From NCBI GenBank assembly GCA_951406725.2, contig OX597836.1, positions 372,001 to 436,000 of the forward strand: a DNA stretch of 64,000 bases, written 5' to 3'. Positions 1 through 13,599 of the stretch are shown here, one piece after another. The notes below the pieces were generated by a model. That model did no database searches. It saw nothing but the letters and a program-made list of their open reading frames with translations, and was not told the DNA's origin. Within the stretch, counting starts at the first letter, position 1. The number at the start of each line of letters is the position of its first letter. This DNA comes from Octopus vulgaris (taxonomy: Eukaryota). Made by a program: the position numbers and the translations under genes.

Positions 1-260
1 ACATGAAAGGATGAAAGGCAAAACTGACCTCTGTGGATCTGGACTCAGAATGTAAGGACGGATGAAATACCACTAGGCATTTTGCCTGGCATGCTAATGA
101 TTCTGCCAGCTTGCTGCCTTCATAATAATAATAATAATAATAATCCTTTTTACTAAAGGCACAAGGCCTGGAGTTTTAGGGGAGGTGACTAGTTGATTAG
201 ATTGACCCTAGTATGCAACTGGTACTTAATTTATTGACCCTGAAAGGATGAAGGGCAAAT
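1..260 (-). mobile_element. Two partial copies of SINE family A (tRNA-like head, gcctttcatcctttcggggtc core) separated by (TAA)n
   Basis: gaaaggatgaaaggcaaa...gaactcagaa...ctgccagct matches the fuller copies at 33121-33330 and 58250-58480. Confidence 0.8.
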
Positions 261-569
261 AATAATGATATATTTACCCATTTCAGTCATTGGACTGTTG
301 TCATGCTGAAGCACTGCCTTGAAATGTTAAGTCTGGTACTTATTATATCAATCGCTTTTGCCAAACTACTAAGTTAAAGGGATGTAAACAAATCACCTAC
401 ATTTGTCAAACACAACAAAAAAAAACACATACACACACTCAAAGACATACACACATAGATAAACATAAAACAATCAAAAAATATATGTATACATGTGTGT
501 GTGTGTTTGTGTGCATAGACAGGGTACAAATTTTAAATTGGCATTTCTGTTTAAACTAGAAATAAAACC

Positions 570-700
570 TCCACTTATTTCTTTATTTTACTAAAATTTT
601 TGTTGTGTTTTGCAACTTTTCCAATAGTTTTGAGTCAAAACTATTGAAAAGGTTGCAGGACAACAAAAATTTTAGAAAAATAAAAAACGAAATAAGTGGA
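570..700. repeat. ~130-nt imperfect palindrome (MITE-like hairpin)
   Basis: Arms tccacttatttc...ccaatagttttga and tcaaaactattgaaaagg...gaaataagtgga are reverse complements. Confidence 0.75.
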
Positions 701-902
701 AATTTTAACAGTGAGTGTGTTAAATTATAAGGCACCAAAAGAAAATAACTCTTCCCAGACACAACAGAATATGCTTCAACACAAACTCATATAAAGAATC
801 TTGCAAACCAAATCCAAAAACGAAAGAAATAAAGCACTATTTTGAAAGTTATGATGTAAACTAATATTGCTTTCCTTTTAGATTGAATTTGGCTTCAAAA
901 AA

Positions 903-1660
903 ATGGCAAAGCTGGAGAGACTGAAATATAATATGGCTGCTAGGAAAACTCATAAGCACAGTAAAAAAAGGTTGAGAACTGCTGCTTTCATCGAGAATGT
1001 TGAGCAGTTCATTGAAGAAAATCTTTCCATTGGGATTTGCGAGGTTGCCAGTGTGCTAGGACTTGTGCCAATGAAGACCCTTGTTACAAGCCTTACAAGA
1101 AGAAAACAGGACAATTGCTCACTCAGAGTCTTAGAAAAACTCTATGAGGGGGACCAAGAAGCTGCCAAGCAGGTGGAATCATTCCTGGAATCAAACATGG
1201 GATTTTTCTCAGATGCAAAAAAAAAAAAATTTTGCCAGAACAAGGCATGCAACAACAAGCAGAATAACAGGTTGTTAGTAGTTAGCCCACATGGTATTCT
1301 CAGGTTCATGAAAGTCAAGTTTCCTGTCTACATCATGGTTTTGGACATGATTAGCAGTGAGGGACATGTCATGCCCCCTTACATCTTTAATGTGCATAGA
1401 AGGTGAACCAGGATGTGTACCAGGGGGTTTTGGAGACTGGCGGAGCTCTGGGTAGAAGAGATGGCAAGAGAAAGACCTTGTGTGTTCCAGCAAGATTCTG
1501 CACCTGCAAACACACCCAGGAAGACTCCAAAGTGACTTTTAGACAACTTTTATGACCATATCAGCCTGAACATGTGGCCTTCTAACTCTTCAAACAGTCA
1601 AGCAAGTGAGTTTCTAACAAGACTGCCTACATCATCAAGGATGAGCTGAAGCAATGCACT
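903..1660 (+). mobile_element. Degenerate Tc1/mariner-superfamily transposase remnant
   Basis: Translates, with frameshifts and stops, to IMVLDMISSEGHVMPP...CVFQQDSAPA...NFYDHISLNMWPSNS. Confidence 0.75.
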
Positions 1661-1699
1661 TGACAGGCATTCTCAGCTGACAGAGATCATGCATCAACC

Positions 1700-2530
1700 T
1701 GCCCCACAGAAGCAGTATTTGGAACCAACCATCACTGTTGAAGGGGAAATCGTGAAAGTTGTTGGTTAGTTCATCTACCTTGGTATCACACTATCCAGGT
1801 CCATGACTGTTGATGATAAAGTCAACACATATATTGCAAAAGGAAGACAAGTATTCAGGTGGCCATGTGAAGCAGTGTAGGAGAGGAGAGGCATTAGGGT
1901 GGCCACCAAGTTGGTGTACCAAGCACTTATACAGCCTACCCTACTATATGCCTGTGAGACTTAGATGGTTTACAAACACCATGCCAAAAGACTAAACTGC
2001 TTCCACATAATTTACCTGAGAAAGCTGTTGAAAATCACCTGGCAAGACAAGGTCCCAGACATGGAGATCCTCTCTAGAGCTGGTCTGTCAATCATTTACA
2101 CACTACTGAGGAGGGTGCAGGTTAGGTGTGCTGGCCTTGTTCAAATGCCTGACACATGGCTCCCCAAAGAACTGTTTTACTGCAAATTGGTGGAAAGAAA
2201 GCGTAAACAAGGTGGACAGAAGAAGTATTTAAAGCCTGACTGAAGTGCTTTGAGATCAGCCCTGACACCTGGAAAATGCAATCACAGGATCATCCTGTTG
2301 ATGAAGCTGCACCAACAAAGGTGCCACCTCTTACAAACAGAACAGGATTGCAGGAGTATAAAGAAAACATGAACTGCGCAAGTCCAGAGCCCTCCTTGCC
2401 TTCAATCCTGGCATACCACCAATGCTTGACCTGTGGCAGAGCCTTCCAAGAATGCATCAGACTGATTAGTAACAACCAGACTCACTGTGACCCATCTTCT
2501 CCCATGGGGTGTCCTTGGTCATCATTGACA
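1700..2530 (+). mobile_element. Degenerate RTE-clade LINE 3' fragment
   Basis: FIYLG..., LNCFH...LRKLLKITWQDKVPD.EIL...RCAG, and C-terminal CLTCGRAF zinc-finger remnant. Confidence 0.8.
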
Positions 2531-3945
2531 AAGTGTTCATGTGTACATGTGTGTGTATGTGTTTTGTGTATAACTTGTCATAACACTGTAAGCATGCATT
2601 GGCAGAATACAAGCAATGTTGTGCATTTTCACTCTTCTGTGAAAAACATGACTGGGTATGGGAAATATTACCTTGCTGGGAAACAGGTGTGGATGGTGAC
2701 AAGAAGGGCATCTAGCTATAGAAAAGTGGCCTCAACAAATACTGTCTGACCCATGCAAGCACAAGAAAGTGGATGTGAAATGATGATGATGGTCATTATA
2801 TCTGAAGAGTAAAATGCTTGGCTTTACCAAGGTGAAAAAAATACAAATGTCAGAGTTTCTTCATTTATTTACCTTCATTTCATTGTTACTCTGAGTTTCC
2901 TTTTTCAATTAATGATCATCACAAAGATCTCTCTGACAATGATCTTTGTAACAACAGCAATTTGTCATTGATGCATCACCAAAGTACAAGTGTACGACAA
3001 TTGTACGGTGGCAGTGAAATGCATTTGTTAGCTCCAGCCTTGTCTGTTCAGTGTTACATAAATTGATTGATAACTTTCAAGTGGGTTCCATCTCCTGCTC
3101 CTGCCTCAATGTAAGTAAATAGATGACTTTATTTTTAGTGTAGGTCATAAACTAGAACATGAATAAGTGAGTAGTACTTAGACACAGAGGTAGGTGGTGG
3201 TGGTGGAGAAGGGTGCGGTTCATGCTTGCAGGATTGCAGGCTGGCGGGTAGGAGTGTTGGTGGTGGGTGATTAATAGACATTTTTTAATGTTCCATTCCT
3301 CTTCAGATTTTAATGAGTTTCTTTTTAATGTATGAATACAGGACTTGTATAATAATAGTCTACACCCCTCTCTCTCTCACATTTCTTCCTCTTCTCCCCC
3401 ATCTGCCTTATCCACACTCAGCCTGTCAACATGTCTGTATTTGTGTCTTACTAGCTCTTTATCTCAAATGTGCATGTGTATGTGTGAACATGTTTGTATA
3501 TATGTGTGATTGCATATGCGTGTGCGTGTGTGTGTGTGTGTGTGTATGTATGTGAGTGTGTGGGGGTGTATATGTGTTTGTATATATATGTGTGTATGCC
3601 GCTCTTGTTAATTAGTAATTTATATTAAGGATTATTGGAAGTTAATGTGACACGATACATATGAAAATGTAACCAGAATATTCCATAGCTAAATATGAGA
3701 AGATGATATATTATACTGTCTGTTTGTCTGTGGCTACACTAAGTCACTGTTTTCAAGGGTTTTAGTCAATCATATTGATCCCACTTCATTGATCTCTGTT
3801 TGTGAAGTGGTTAATTTACCTTTTGTCAGAAGGTGATGCAACTCAACAAACTGATTAATATCAGTGTAGACAAATATTTTCCCATAGCCTCTTACCTAAT
3901 TCCACTCTCATTTGTGAATCAATTCTAAGACTCTGCAGTGTATCA

Positions 3946-3987
<42 letters not shown>

Positions 3988-4299
3988 CATCATCATAATC
4001 ATCATCATCATCATCATCCTGCTACAATTAATTCGTTCTATAACAACTAATTGCTTCACAGATTTATGTGTATACAGAGGGTATGTTGGGAAATTTTTCA
4101 TTTGCATTGTAATAATGGCCACCCTAGAAAAATGTTTGGCTGGAATCTTTTATTGTGATAAGCAGAAAACTTCAGGTTGACCTGTCCACCAGAGAAAAAA
4201 AAAAGCATCTAAAAGTGGGTAAACTGTTTGAACCCTGGAGACTGTTAAGGTGAGCTGTAGTGACCAGTCCTCGTCCATCTGCATTAAATTGTTGTGTGT

Positions 4300-4560
4300 A
4301 GAGGGTATTGTACATTAATTTACATTTTCATCCATGTAAGCTTATGATTGTGCAAGAAAGCTGGAAATGTTTGCAGAAAACATTCATAATGTGGAAAGAT
4401 GATAAAGTTCTTCTCATCAGTGGTGAAGCGCATTTCCATCTGTCTGGTTGTGAAAAGAAGCAAAACTTTTGCTCTTAACCAGACGGACAACAATCCAGAG
4501 TAACTTCATGGCATTCCTTTCTCTTTGAATGTGTCACTGTATTCATGAGGATAATAAAAA
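4300..4560 (+). mobile_element. Short Tc1/mariner-type transposase remnant
   Basis: LISGEAHFHLSGCEKKQNF resembles the SDEAHFHL.G.VNKQN motif. Confidence 0.5.
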
Positions 4561-5441
4561 TATAATAAAAACTTTAAAAAAATCACCTTTCATCATAGCT
4601 TAAGCTGGGCTAAACTGGTGCTAAACAATAATTACAAATTATATCAAACTTGGTACCCTGTTACTATTTATTGTATTCACCCAGAAATTATGAAAAGCCA
4701 AGTAGAACCTGGTGTGATTTGAACTCAGAGTGTAATGGACATAACTAGATAGTGATTCTGCCAATTAGCTTCATTGATAATAAATCAATATGATAATTGT
4801 TTGATGATTGTCAACAGGTGCAATAATTAGTTGTCCATCAAATTATGCAGTTTCTGTTTGCTAATTGGATGAGTTTTCTGCTACATTTTGAAAGCAGAAT
4901 GTGAAATAAATTCGACATTGTGTGAATTGGTCATTTCAGACAATATCACCCTCTTGCAATGTCTTCTTCATGCTTTGGCAATTGGAAAAAAGAAATTTTC
5001 CTTATTTTCTGTATCATGTCTGTTTACAGATAAATAAAAACTTTGAGAAGGATTTAAGACATACCATTACCAGGAATGTAGCTCAAGTGAATCCAAAGAC
5101 AAAGTCTTCAGTGATATTATACTAACAGCTATAATAAACTCTTAATGTTTATGAGGAGAGAGTTGCAGTAATGTCCCATATATCTTTGAGGGCTGGGGCA
5201 TCTCTGAAGACTTTGATTCTGCAAAGGCATTTAGTCCAGCTCTCTACCTCTTCTTCTACTCCATTGGCCTTTCTTAAAACAAGCTGTATCATGCACGAAA
5301 GAATGTTGCTTCACAGCCACATAACAACCATGTTGGACAACCAAAAGATGGCTTCAAGTTTAGCAAAACTTAATGAGTGAAATTTGATTGATGGAAACTC
5401 TGCGGAAGCTCCTCATATATCAGTGTTTGTGTGCATGGACA

Positions 5442-5486
<45 letters not shown>

Positions 5487-5554
5487 ACACACTTTTATTA
5501 TAATCATTCTTACAAGCCCAATACTTTTTCTTTTCCATTTAAATGGGAATGTAC

Positions 5555-5604
<50 letters not shown>

Positions 5605-5740
5605 ATAGAAATGGCAAGATAACAAAAGAATGACAGAGACTTCAATATTCTGTAAATAGAGGAATTTATCTGTAAGTGTAATATGTGACATGGCTACAGA
5701 ATGATTGTCACATATATTTACAGATACATATATATGTGTA

Positions 5741-5790
<50 letters not shown>

Positions 5791-5800
5791 CACATATATA

Positions 5801-5833
<33 letters not shown>

Positions 5834-5856
5834 ATATATGTATATATGTATATATA

Positions 5857-5889
<33 letters not shown>

Positions 5890-5978
5890 ATATATGTATA
5901 TCCATATATATATGTATATATATATGTATATATATATATGTATATATATATGTATATATATATATGTATATATATATG

Positions 5979-6011
<33 letters not shown>

Positions 6012-6012
6012 G

Positions 6013-6045
<33 letters not shown>

Positions 6046-6050
6046 GTATA

Positions 6051-6763
6051 TTGGTGGTTATTGTGAGCATGTTGTTTTCCCACACTCTCCTGGAGAGCTT
6101 AGCCATGGCAGCAGCAGCCTTCCCAATCCATCTGTTCAGCTCCGGCTCGAGGGACAGGCTGCTGGAGACCGTCGATCCCAGGTAAGTGTACCGAGCCTGC
6201 GTGCTGAGCACCCTACTCTACGGCAGCGAGAGCTGGACAGCATACACCTGGCAAGAATGCCGCCTCAGCGGCTTCCACATGCGGTGTCTTCAACGGATCC
6301 TTGGCATCTCCTGGAAGGACCGAGTACCAAACGGAGTCATCCTAGAACAGACTAATATGCCAAGCGTGCATGCCCTCCTCGTGCGGAGACAACTGCGCTG
6401 GCTCGGACACGTCTGCCGCATGCAAGAAGGTCGCATGCCTAAAGACATCCTGTACAGCGAACTCACCACGGGATCCCGACCCAAGGGACGTCCACAGCTA
6501 CGATACAGGGATGTGTGCAAGCGCGACCTGAGGACTGCCAACATCTGTGTGGACACGTGGGAGGAAACAGCTGCTGACAGGAGGAGGACAACTGCAGTAA
6601 CACCCCACACGTACCCATCGATGTTCGTGTGCAGCAACTGTACCAAGGACTGCCACTCTAGAATTGGACTGTTCAGTCACAGCAGACACTGCTCATCATC
6701 AAAGTAGGCCCCACCCTTGGCGCGACCCATTGTCTATCAAGACAGACGGGAAAAAGAGAGAGA
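6051..6763 (+). mobile_element. 5'-truncated RTE-clade LINE with inverted 5' segment (6051-~6186 on -, ~6184-6763 on +)
   Basis: - strand reads [45 protein letters not shown]; + strand continues [17 protein letters not shown]...WLGHVCRM...[17 protein letters not shown]. Confidence 0.9.
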
Positions 6764-6869
6764 TATGTATATATATATATGTATATATATGTATATATAT
6801 ATATGTATATATATATATGTATATATATACATATATATATATATGTATATATATATATATGTATATATG

Positions 6870-6917
<48 letters not shown>

Positions 6918-6931
6918 CATATATATATATA

Positions 6932-7138
6932 TACTTGTTTCAGTCATTTGACTGCGGCCATGCTGGAGCACCGCCTTTAGAGTGGTGAAAGAGTACAGCA
7001 GGGATCACCACCATCCCCTAGCCTCGTGGAGCTTTTAGGTGTTTTCGCTCAATAAACACACACAACGCCCGGTCTGGGAATCGAAACCGCGATCCTCCGA
7101 CCGCAAGTATGTAACCACTCGGCCATTGCGCCTCCACA
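6932..7138 (-). mobile_element. tRNA-derived SINE with a distinct head and the family-B 3' tail
   Basis: - strand: A box TGGCCGAGTGG, B box GGTTTCGATTCC; ends ggcggtgctccagcatggccgcagtcaaatgactgaaacaagta. Confidence 0.8.
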
Positions 7139-7162
7139 TATGTATATATATATATATGTATA

Positions 7163-7207
<45 letters not shown>

Positions 7208-7208
7208 G

Positions 7209-7243
<35 letters not shown>

Positions 7244-7285
7244 GTATATATATATGTATATATATATATGTATATATATATATGT

Positions 7286-7976
7286 GTTCCTGGATTCTCA
7301 GAACTTTCCAGTCGAGAGATATCCACACCATTATCCTTCTCTTCTCCACTTTTGCATGACCCCACCTTGAATACTGTTGTCCACTGTGGTCTCCCCACAC
7401 AATACAAGGTATCATAAAAGTTGAAGCACCTCAAAGGGCAATCACAAAAAAGATAGATGGCATGACAGGCCTCGACTATTGGGGTCGGCTAGAAAAGCTA
7501 AAACTCTATTCTCTCCAACGTCGTCGTGAGCGCTACATCATCTGCATGATGTGGAAAATATTCCATCAGCATTGCCCAAATGATGTTGGCATCACCTTTA
7601 AGGTACATCCAAGGCTTGGGCCCCGTGCCATCCGCCCAAAACAAAAATCGCACTCTCATCTCATAACAACAATACGGCACAATTATTTCACCTCAATTGG
7701 CCCCGCTCTCTTTAACATTACACCAAAACACATTAAAACAGAAACTGACCCTATAGGGTTCAAGAAGTCTTTGGACAGATTCCTTCAAGAAATCCCGGAT
7801 AAACCCCCTACACCCGGATATGTCTCTGTAAACAATAACTCTCTACTTGAGTGGGCCATAGTGCCCAAATTCTGACTTGAAAGACTTCACCAGGTGGTGC
7901 TATTAAGTTAGACATGGCCTGGGCCAATAATGGCCGAAACCTATCAAAGTATCAAAGTATCAAAGTATCAAAGTAT
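7286..7976 (+). mobile_element. 5'-truncated CR1-group LINE 3' end with (AAGTATCA)n tail
   Basis: [12 protein letters not shown]...QRAITK...[21 protein letters not shown]...FKKSLDRFL; 8-mer tandem tail at ~7942-7976. Confidence 0.85.
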
Positions 7977-8088
7977 ATATATATATATATATATACATAT
8001 ATATATACATATATATATATGTATATATATATATGTATATGTATATATATACATATATATATATGTATATATATATGTATATATATAC

Positions 8089-8157
<69 letters not shown>

Positions 8158-8158
8158 C

Positions 8159-8211
<53 letters not shown>

Positions 8212-8306
8212 GTATATGTATATATATGTATATATATATATGTATTTATATATATGTATATATGTATATATATACATATATATATATATGTATACATATA
8301 TATATG

Positions 8307-8352
<46 letters not shown>

Positions 8353-8379
8353 GTATATATATGTATATATATGTATATA

Positions 8380-8442
<63 letters not shown>

Positions 8443-8457
8443 TATATGATATATATG

Positions 8458-8631
<174 letters not shown>

Positions 8632-8646
8632 GTATATATATATGTA

Positions 8647-8685
<39 letters not shown>

Positions 8686-8710
8686 GTGTATATATATATG
8701 TATATATGTA

Positions 8711-8741
<31 letters not shown>

Positions 8742-8806
8742 ATATATGTATATATATATGTATATATATATATATATGTATATATATGTATATATATATG
8801 TATATA

Positions 8807-8878
<72 letters not shown>

Positions 8879-9103
8879 ATATATATGTATATATGTATAT
8901 ATATATGTATATATGTATATATATATATGTATATATGTATATATATATGTATATATGTATATATATATGTATATATGTATATATATATGTATATATGTAT
9001 ATATATATGTATATATGTATATATATATGTATATATGTATATATATATGTATATATGTATATATATATATATGTATATATGTATATATATATATGTATAT
9101 ATG

Positions 9104-9134
<31 letters not shown>

Positions 9135-9183
9135 GTATATATATATGTATATATGTATATATATATATGTATATATGTATATA

Positions 9184-9236
<53 letters not shown>

Positions 9237-9259
9237 ATATATATGTATATATGTATATA

Positions 9260-9302
<43 letters not shown>

Positions 9303-9399
9303 ATATATATGTATATATGTATATATATATATGTATATATATATATCTATGTATATATATGTATATATATATATGTATATATATATATGTATATATGTA

Positions 9400-9763
9400 T
9401 TTTTTTTTTTATCTAGTTTCAGCTCACACGCTGTGGCTATGCTGGGGCACCGCTATTTGGTGTTACTACATGATTTTACTTCACGAATGCTTTTCAGCAA
9501 TTGCCATCTGGTGCATGAGAGAGTTCGATGCAGCTGCCCTCATCTGCACCTCCTGTCATGAAGTTGGTTCATCTGGGATACCTGACAAGAAGAGATCCAG
9601 TTTCATTTTAAAGACATCTGCATCCACCCCATGCAGGTCTCTTAGGTTCTTCAGGAGGATATTGAAGAGCTGTGGGCCTCGGAAGCCCAGGCTATCACAG
9701 TATCTTGTCCTACATCTTGATGGCAAATTTGGAGTCCTTGGCACTATGCAGTGGCGCCCAGTG
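9400..9763 (-). mobile_element. 3' end of a second CR1-group LINE with poly(A) tail
   Basis: [14 protein letters not shown]...[16 protein letters not shown] followed by 3' UTR; poly(T) on + at 9400-9410. Confidence 0.8.
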
Positions 9764-10499
9764 AAAAAAAAAATCTTGTAAGCAAGGAACTGTAGATTTG
9801 TTTTCTAAAAAGAAATCTACAAGTCTGTCTTTGAGTGCTTGTGAATCCGCAATCACATCTACAAGTGATGGAGTGCACAAGTCTAGTGTGAGTGGAAATG
9901 ATTCAGGAGATGATTATAATAATAATAATAATAATTTTTTTTTTATTATAAATGATCTTGACATTTATTTTACTTTTCATAAAATATTCTTTACATTCTA
10001 CTGTTTATTTATTTACAAGTATTATAAATTTTATAGTTAAAATATTTTTTGTTAGAAATTTTGGACTGGTCCTGCTATAAGTTATATCTTTAAATAAAGT
10101 TTTACACCTGTATTGTAACTCTTGTGAATGACTTGATTGTGAAATTCCTGTTGAGGGTGGGGTGGGGGTGAGGTCACTGCTGAGATGCGCATTAACTTGC
10201 AATTGGGCCACGTTAGTGAACTCCTGAAATGGCCTTAGATCTGTTTTTTGAGCTGTTTTTTTGGGAATTCTCTTATGCTCCTTAGACATCCACCTACCAT
10301 GGATTGCTTTTCTAAAAACGAACTATTTTGAGATATTTTTAATCGAGGGGTAAAAAAACTTTTTTAGTCAATTGACATGTTTTAGTAATTAATTTTGGTT
10401 ACCTATTTTAGTTGATTTGTATATACCTTTTCTTGACAGGCCTTTCTCTATATTTTGTATTTTCATGTGCATATATATTTTTTACCTTCTGTGTTTTTA

Positions 10500-10950
10500 T
10501 TTATGTATTCCTTTTATATGTTGAAGGCCATGGTAATGTTCATATATGATGAAATGTATGGAAGCATGGTGTTATATAAAATCGTTGGCCCAAATTTGAT
10601 ATATTTTCTCTAATCAATGTTTTGTTGTCTTTGTCTCAATTTCATTTGAGCACTTCTTTTTGCAGTCCTATAAACCCTTTTTGTTTCCATAGAACGAAGC
10701 AAAAGTTATATCTTTTCTTATTCATTTGCTCATTGAGCATTTCATATAAACTGCATTATGACTAAACATTGTTTTAATTTTTTGACTAAAAATATCTCTA
10801 TATTCAAGGAATGCATATATGGAATCACTTATTCATAAAACCACCGAGTTTAACAACCAGCTAAGATGGCGTGCCTTTTTCTTTGATTTGAAAAATAACA
10901 GAAAGGACAATAATTATAGGAACGGAATGGAATTTCCAAATGGGAAATTC
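10500..10950 (+). mobile_element. Penelope-like element remnant (ORF N-terminus)
   Basis: AYMESLIHKTTEFNNQLRWRAFFF resembles the LIEK.E.F..R.RWKA.FF N-terminal motif of Penelope-like ORFs (recalled, not searched). Confidence 0.5.
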
Positions 10951-10984
10951 CATTCTGTTCCTATTATTACTTGTTTTTCTAAAA

Positions 10985-11972
10985 TGCACCACTGTAAATG
11001 TTCAATAATATTGAGATCTGGGGACTGTGGGGGCCAGATAAGATGTTCAACTTCACTAGAATGTTCCTTGTGTCATTCAGTAACATTATCATCCTGAAAG
11101 ATTGCGTTTCACTTCGGAAACTGTTCCACAACCATAGGATGAATTTGATCAGATAAAATGCTTAAATTGTCTTTACTATTAATTCTGCCATGAGGAGAAA
11201 CCATTGGGCCAGCAAATTTCCAAGATATAGCCCCCCAGATCCTTCTTGTTTAACAGTTAGAAGAAGGCAGTCTGGGTCAAATGCTTCTTTTGACTGTCTC
11301 CACATGTATACTCAGCCAGTGGTTGGAAATAAGGTAAGGGGTGACTTGTCCAAAATAATAACATTCCTCCAGTGCTCTAGGGACCAGTTCTGTAGGTTTT
11401 TACTCCACTCTAAATGCTTTGCAACGTTTGTTTTTGAAAGTAGTGATTGCAGCCCTTCCCTGAAATCCAGTGTTGTGCAGCTCCCGGCAAACAGTTTTTG
11501 TGGAAACTGGGTTTTCGAGGTGGTCATAAAGCTCTGCAGTAATTTTGGGAGCTGTACTTTTGTGATCCTTTCTAACAATTTGTGTAAGAGTCCAACTGTC
11601 CCTGTCTAAAAATATTAATTTTCTTCCAGAGTTTTGTTTCAATGAGGAGGTTTTTCCTTCTTTCTCAAAGGCTGTCATTACTTTTGGGACAGTACTTCTT
11701 GATACACCAAACATTTCGACTGTTTCGTTACACCAGTGCATGCCATATGAACACCAACCTTTTTGAAAGTCCGATAGATCTGTCATTTTAATGAATTTTA
11801 ATTACCTTTTTCTGATGATATCTGAAAAGAAACAGCAATTTTAGCAAAACATATTAATCAACACTTATAATAAATCAAAAAACATAAAAATAAATTTTGA
11901 CGGTTTTATACATATTTCAAAACTATAATGCTACGATGCTAGGTGTTTCCATTATTTTGTCCAACCCTTGTA
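10985..11972 (-). mobile_element. Degenerate Tc1-like (DD34E-type) DNA transposon with one TIR retained
   Basis: MTDLSDFQKG...SRSTV.KV HTH; FQDDN and WPPQSPDLNIIE motifs; terminal ggtgtttccattattttgtccaacccttg|ta at 11942-11972. Confidence 0.85.
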
Positions 11973-12893
11973 CATACTGACTCACTACTTTGTGTTTCTT
12001 CCATTACTACGGTAGTTCCATGGTTGTTAACTAGCCCCATACCACTTCCTCTCAGGCTCTTTGAACTCGTATTTCCTCTCATTACCTGTATTTCATCTAC
12101 CCTTTATCCCAAGGGCTCTGCATTCACTTCCTATCCTTTTTTCCCTGAATGTTGGCCTTTTGGAATTTACTCTCTGCACATGTCATTTTCCTGTAACTAT
12201 CAGCTTGAACTATTCAAAAAGAGCATTAACCGTGTTGATTTCACCAGTTTTGGAAGACCTACAAAAGCCATAAGTACAGACCCATAACCATCAAAAGTCC
12301 TCGAAAACTGATGAAACCCTTCCTCTAGATCAATAGCTAAATAAACATTATGGATGAAGGCATAGCTGTGTGGTTAAGAGATTTCCTTCACAACCTTGTT
12401 GTTCTAGGAAATGTCTTGTCCTGTGACCTCAAGTTATCTCTTAACCATCTTTGTAAAATTCGGTCAGTGGAAATGTATGGATGTTGCTTTTCTTGTGGAG
12501 TAGACATGATCTGTTACTTAGACAACATCCACATCTGGTTTGCGAATTTCTTCACTGGAATTCACTTTTATGCAAACGTTTGGACTAGGTGTTCCATGTG
12601 AGAATGACAAGATCTCCTTTTTACCCCATTAATCTTGGAGGTCCTTTATAATGTGACGTATGCTGCCCTTCCACCAAGTCAGTAAACAATTATTTTACAG
12701 CAAGACTGATTATGTCTTTTCATTTCAATATATAGAAATGAGAAAATACATTTTTATAGAAACATTATAGTCTTGTGTTTATATCAAAATAAAAACTAAT
12801 ATTTCAATTTTATTTTTCTGTTATTTTTGTTGATATATTATTAAAATAAATTAAATTTATTTTACTATGTTTTTGTGATTTTGTCTTTTCTAG

Positions 12894-13057
12894 AAACCCC
12901 AGCTGGTTTGTGGAGATGAAAAACTTTTAAAATTCATTACAAAACACTGCCCAATTTTACACGAAAAGTTCTGGCCAACATTTTGGTGTTTTGAAGCAAG
13001 AGCACAAACAATCGTTCGGACAATTTTAAAATCTTCTCCTCATATTCCTTACCAAAG
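12894..13057 (+). CDS. ABHD3: ABHD3/ABHD1-like phospholipase, first coding exon found (KPQLVCGDEKLLKFITKHCPILHEKFWPTFWCFEARAQTIVRTILKSSPHIPYQ); an upstream coding exon is missing
   Basis: ttttctag acceptor and AG|gtaagt donor; 164 nt open; resembles vertebrate ABHD3 KPQLV...HCP...PTVWCWEGRGQT. Confidence 0.93.
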
Positions 13058-13534
13058 GTAAGTACTTCTAATATATTTGGATTATGAAACTGATGTGTTG
13101 CTAAGCCAAAAAAGGAGCCTCTGTGTGGTTGCTTGACATGCTAGAAATAGCAAACAATTTCCATCAAACTACACCCTAACATATTAAAAAAATAATGGAT
13201 AAATGTAGTTTTAGAGGCATTTTCTGAAAAAGGATGCATAGTCATGATTGGAATGCATTTGATCCAAAGTTTGTTCATTCAGGATTAGCCTTGGTCAAAA
13301 TAACAACATCTGACATATTACTTCACAGTTATTTCATCTCCCTTTTTTTAATTCAATGAATTTTGTTCTTAATTACTCTTTTTATTTAATCATTACATTC
13401 AGATACAGTGCTTGAAAACGTTTTAAGCTTATTCTATCAGTCTCTTTTGCTGAATCACTAAGTTACAGGGATGTAAACATACCAACATCAGTTGTCAAGT
13501 GATGGTGGGGGGGGGACAAACACGGATACACAAA

Positions 13535-13595
<61 letters not shown>

Positions 13596-13599
13596 TAAT

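Noticed and set aside
3000-3116. Strong donor-like gtaagt at 3111 as a candidate ABHD3 first coding exon
   Set aside because: The upstream phase-0 frame does not resemble the hydrophobic N-terminus expected for ABHD1/3.
7060-7138. tRNA gene suggested by A/B boxes
   Set aside because: No complete cloverleaf, and it continues into a SINE body and tail.
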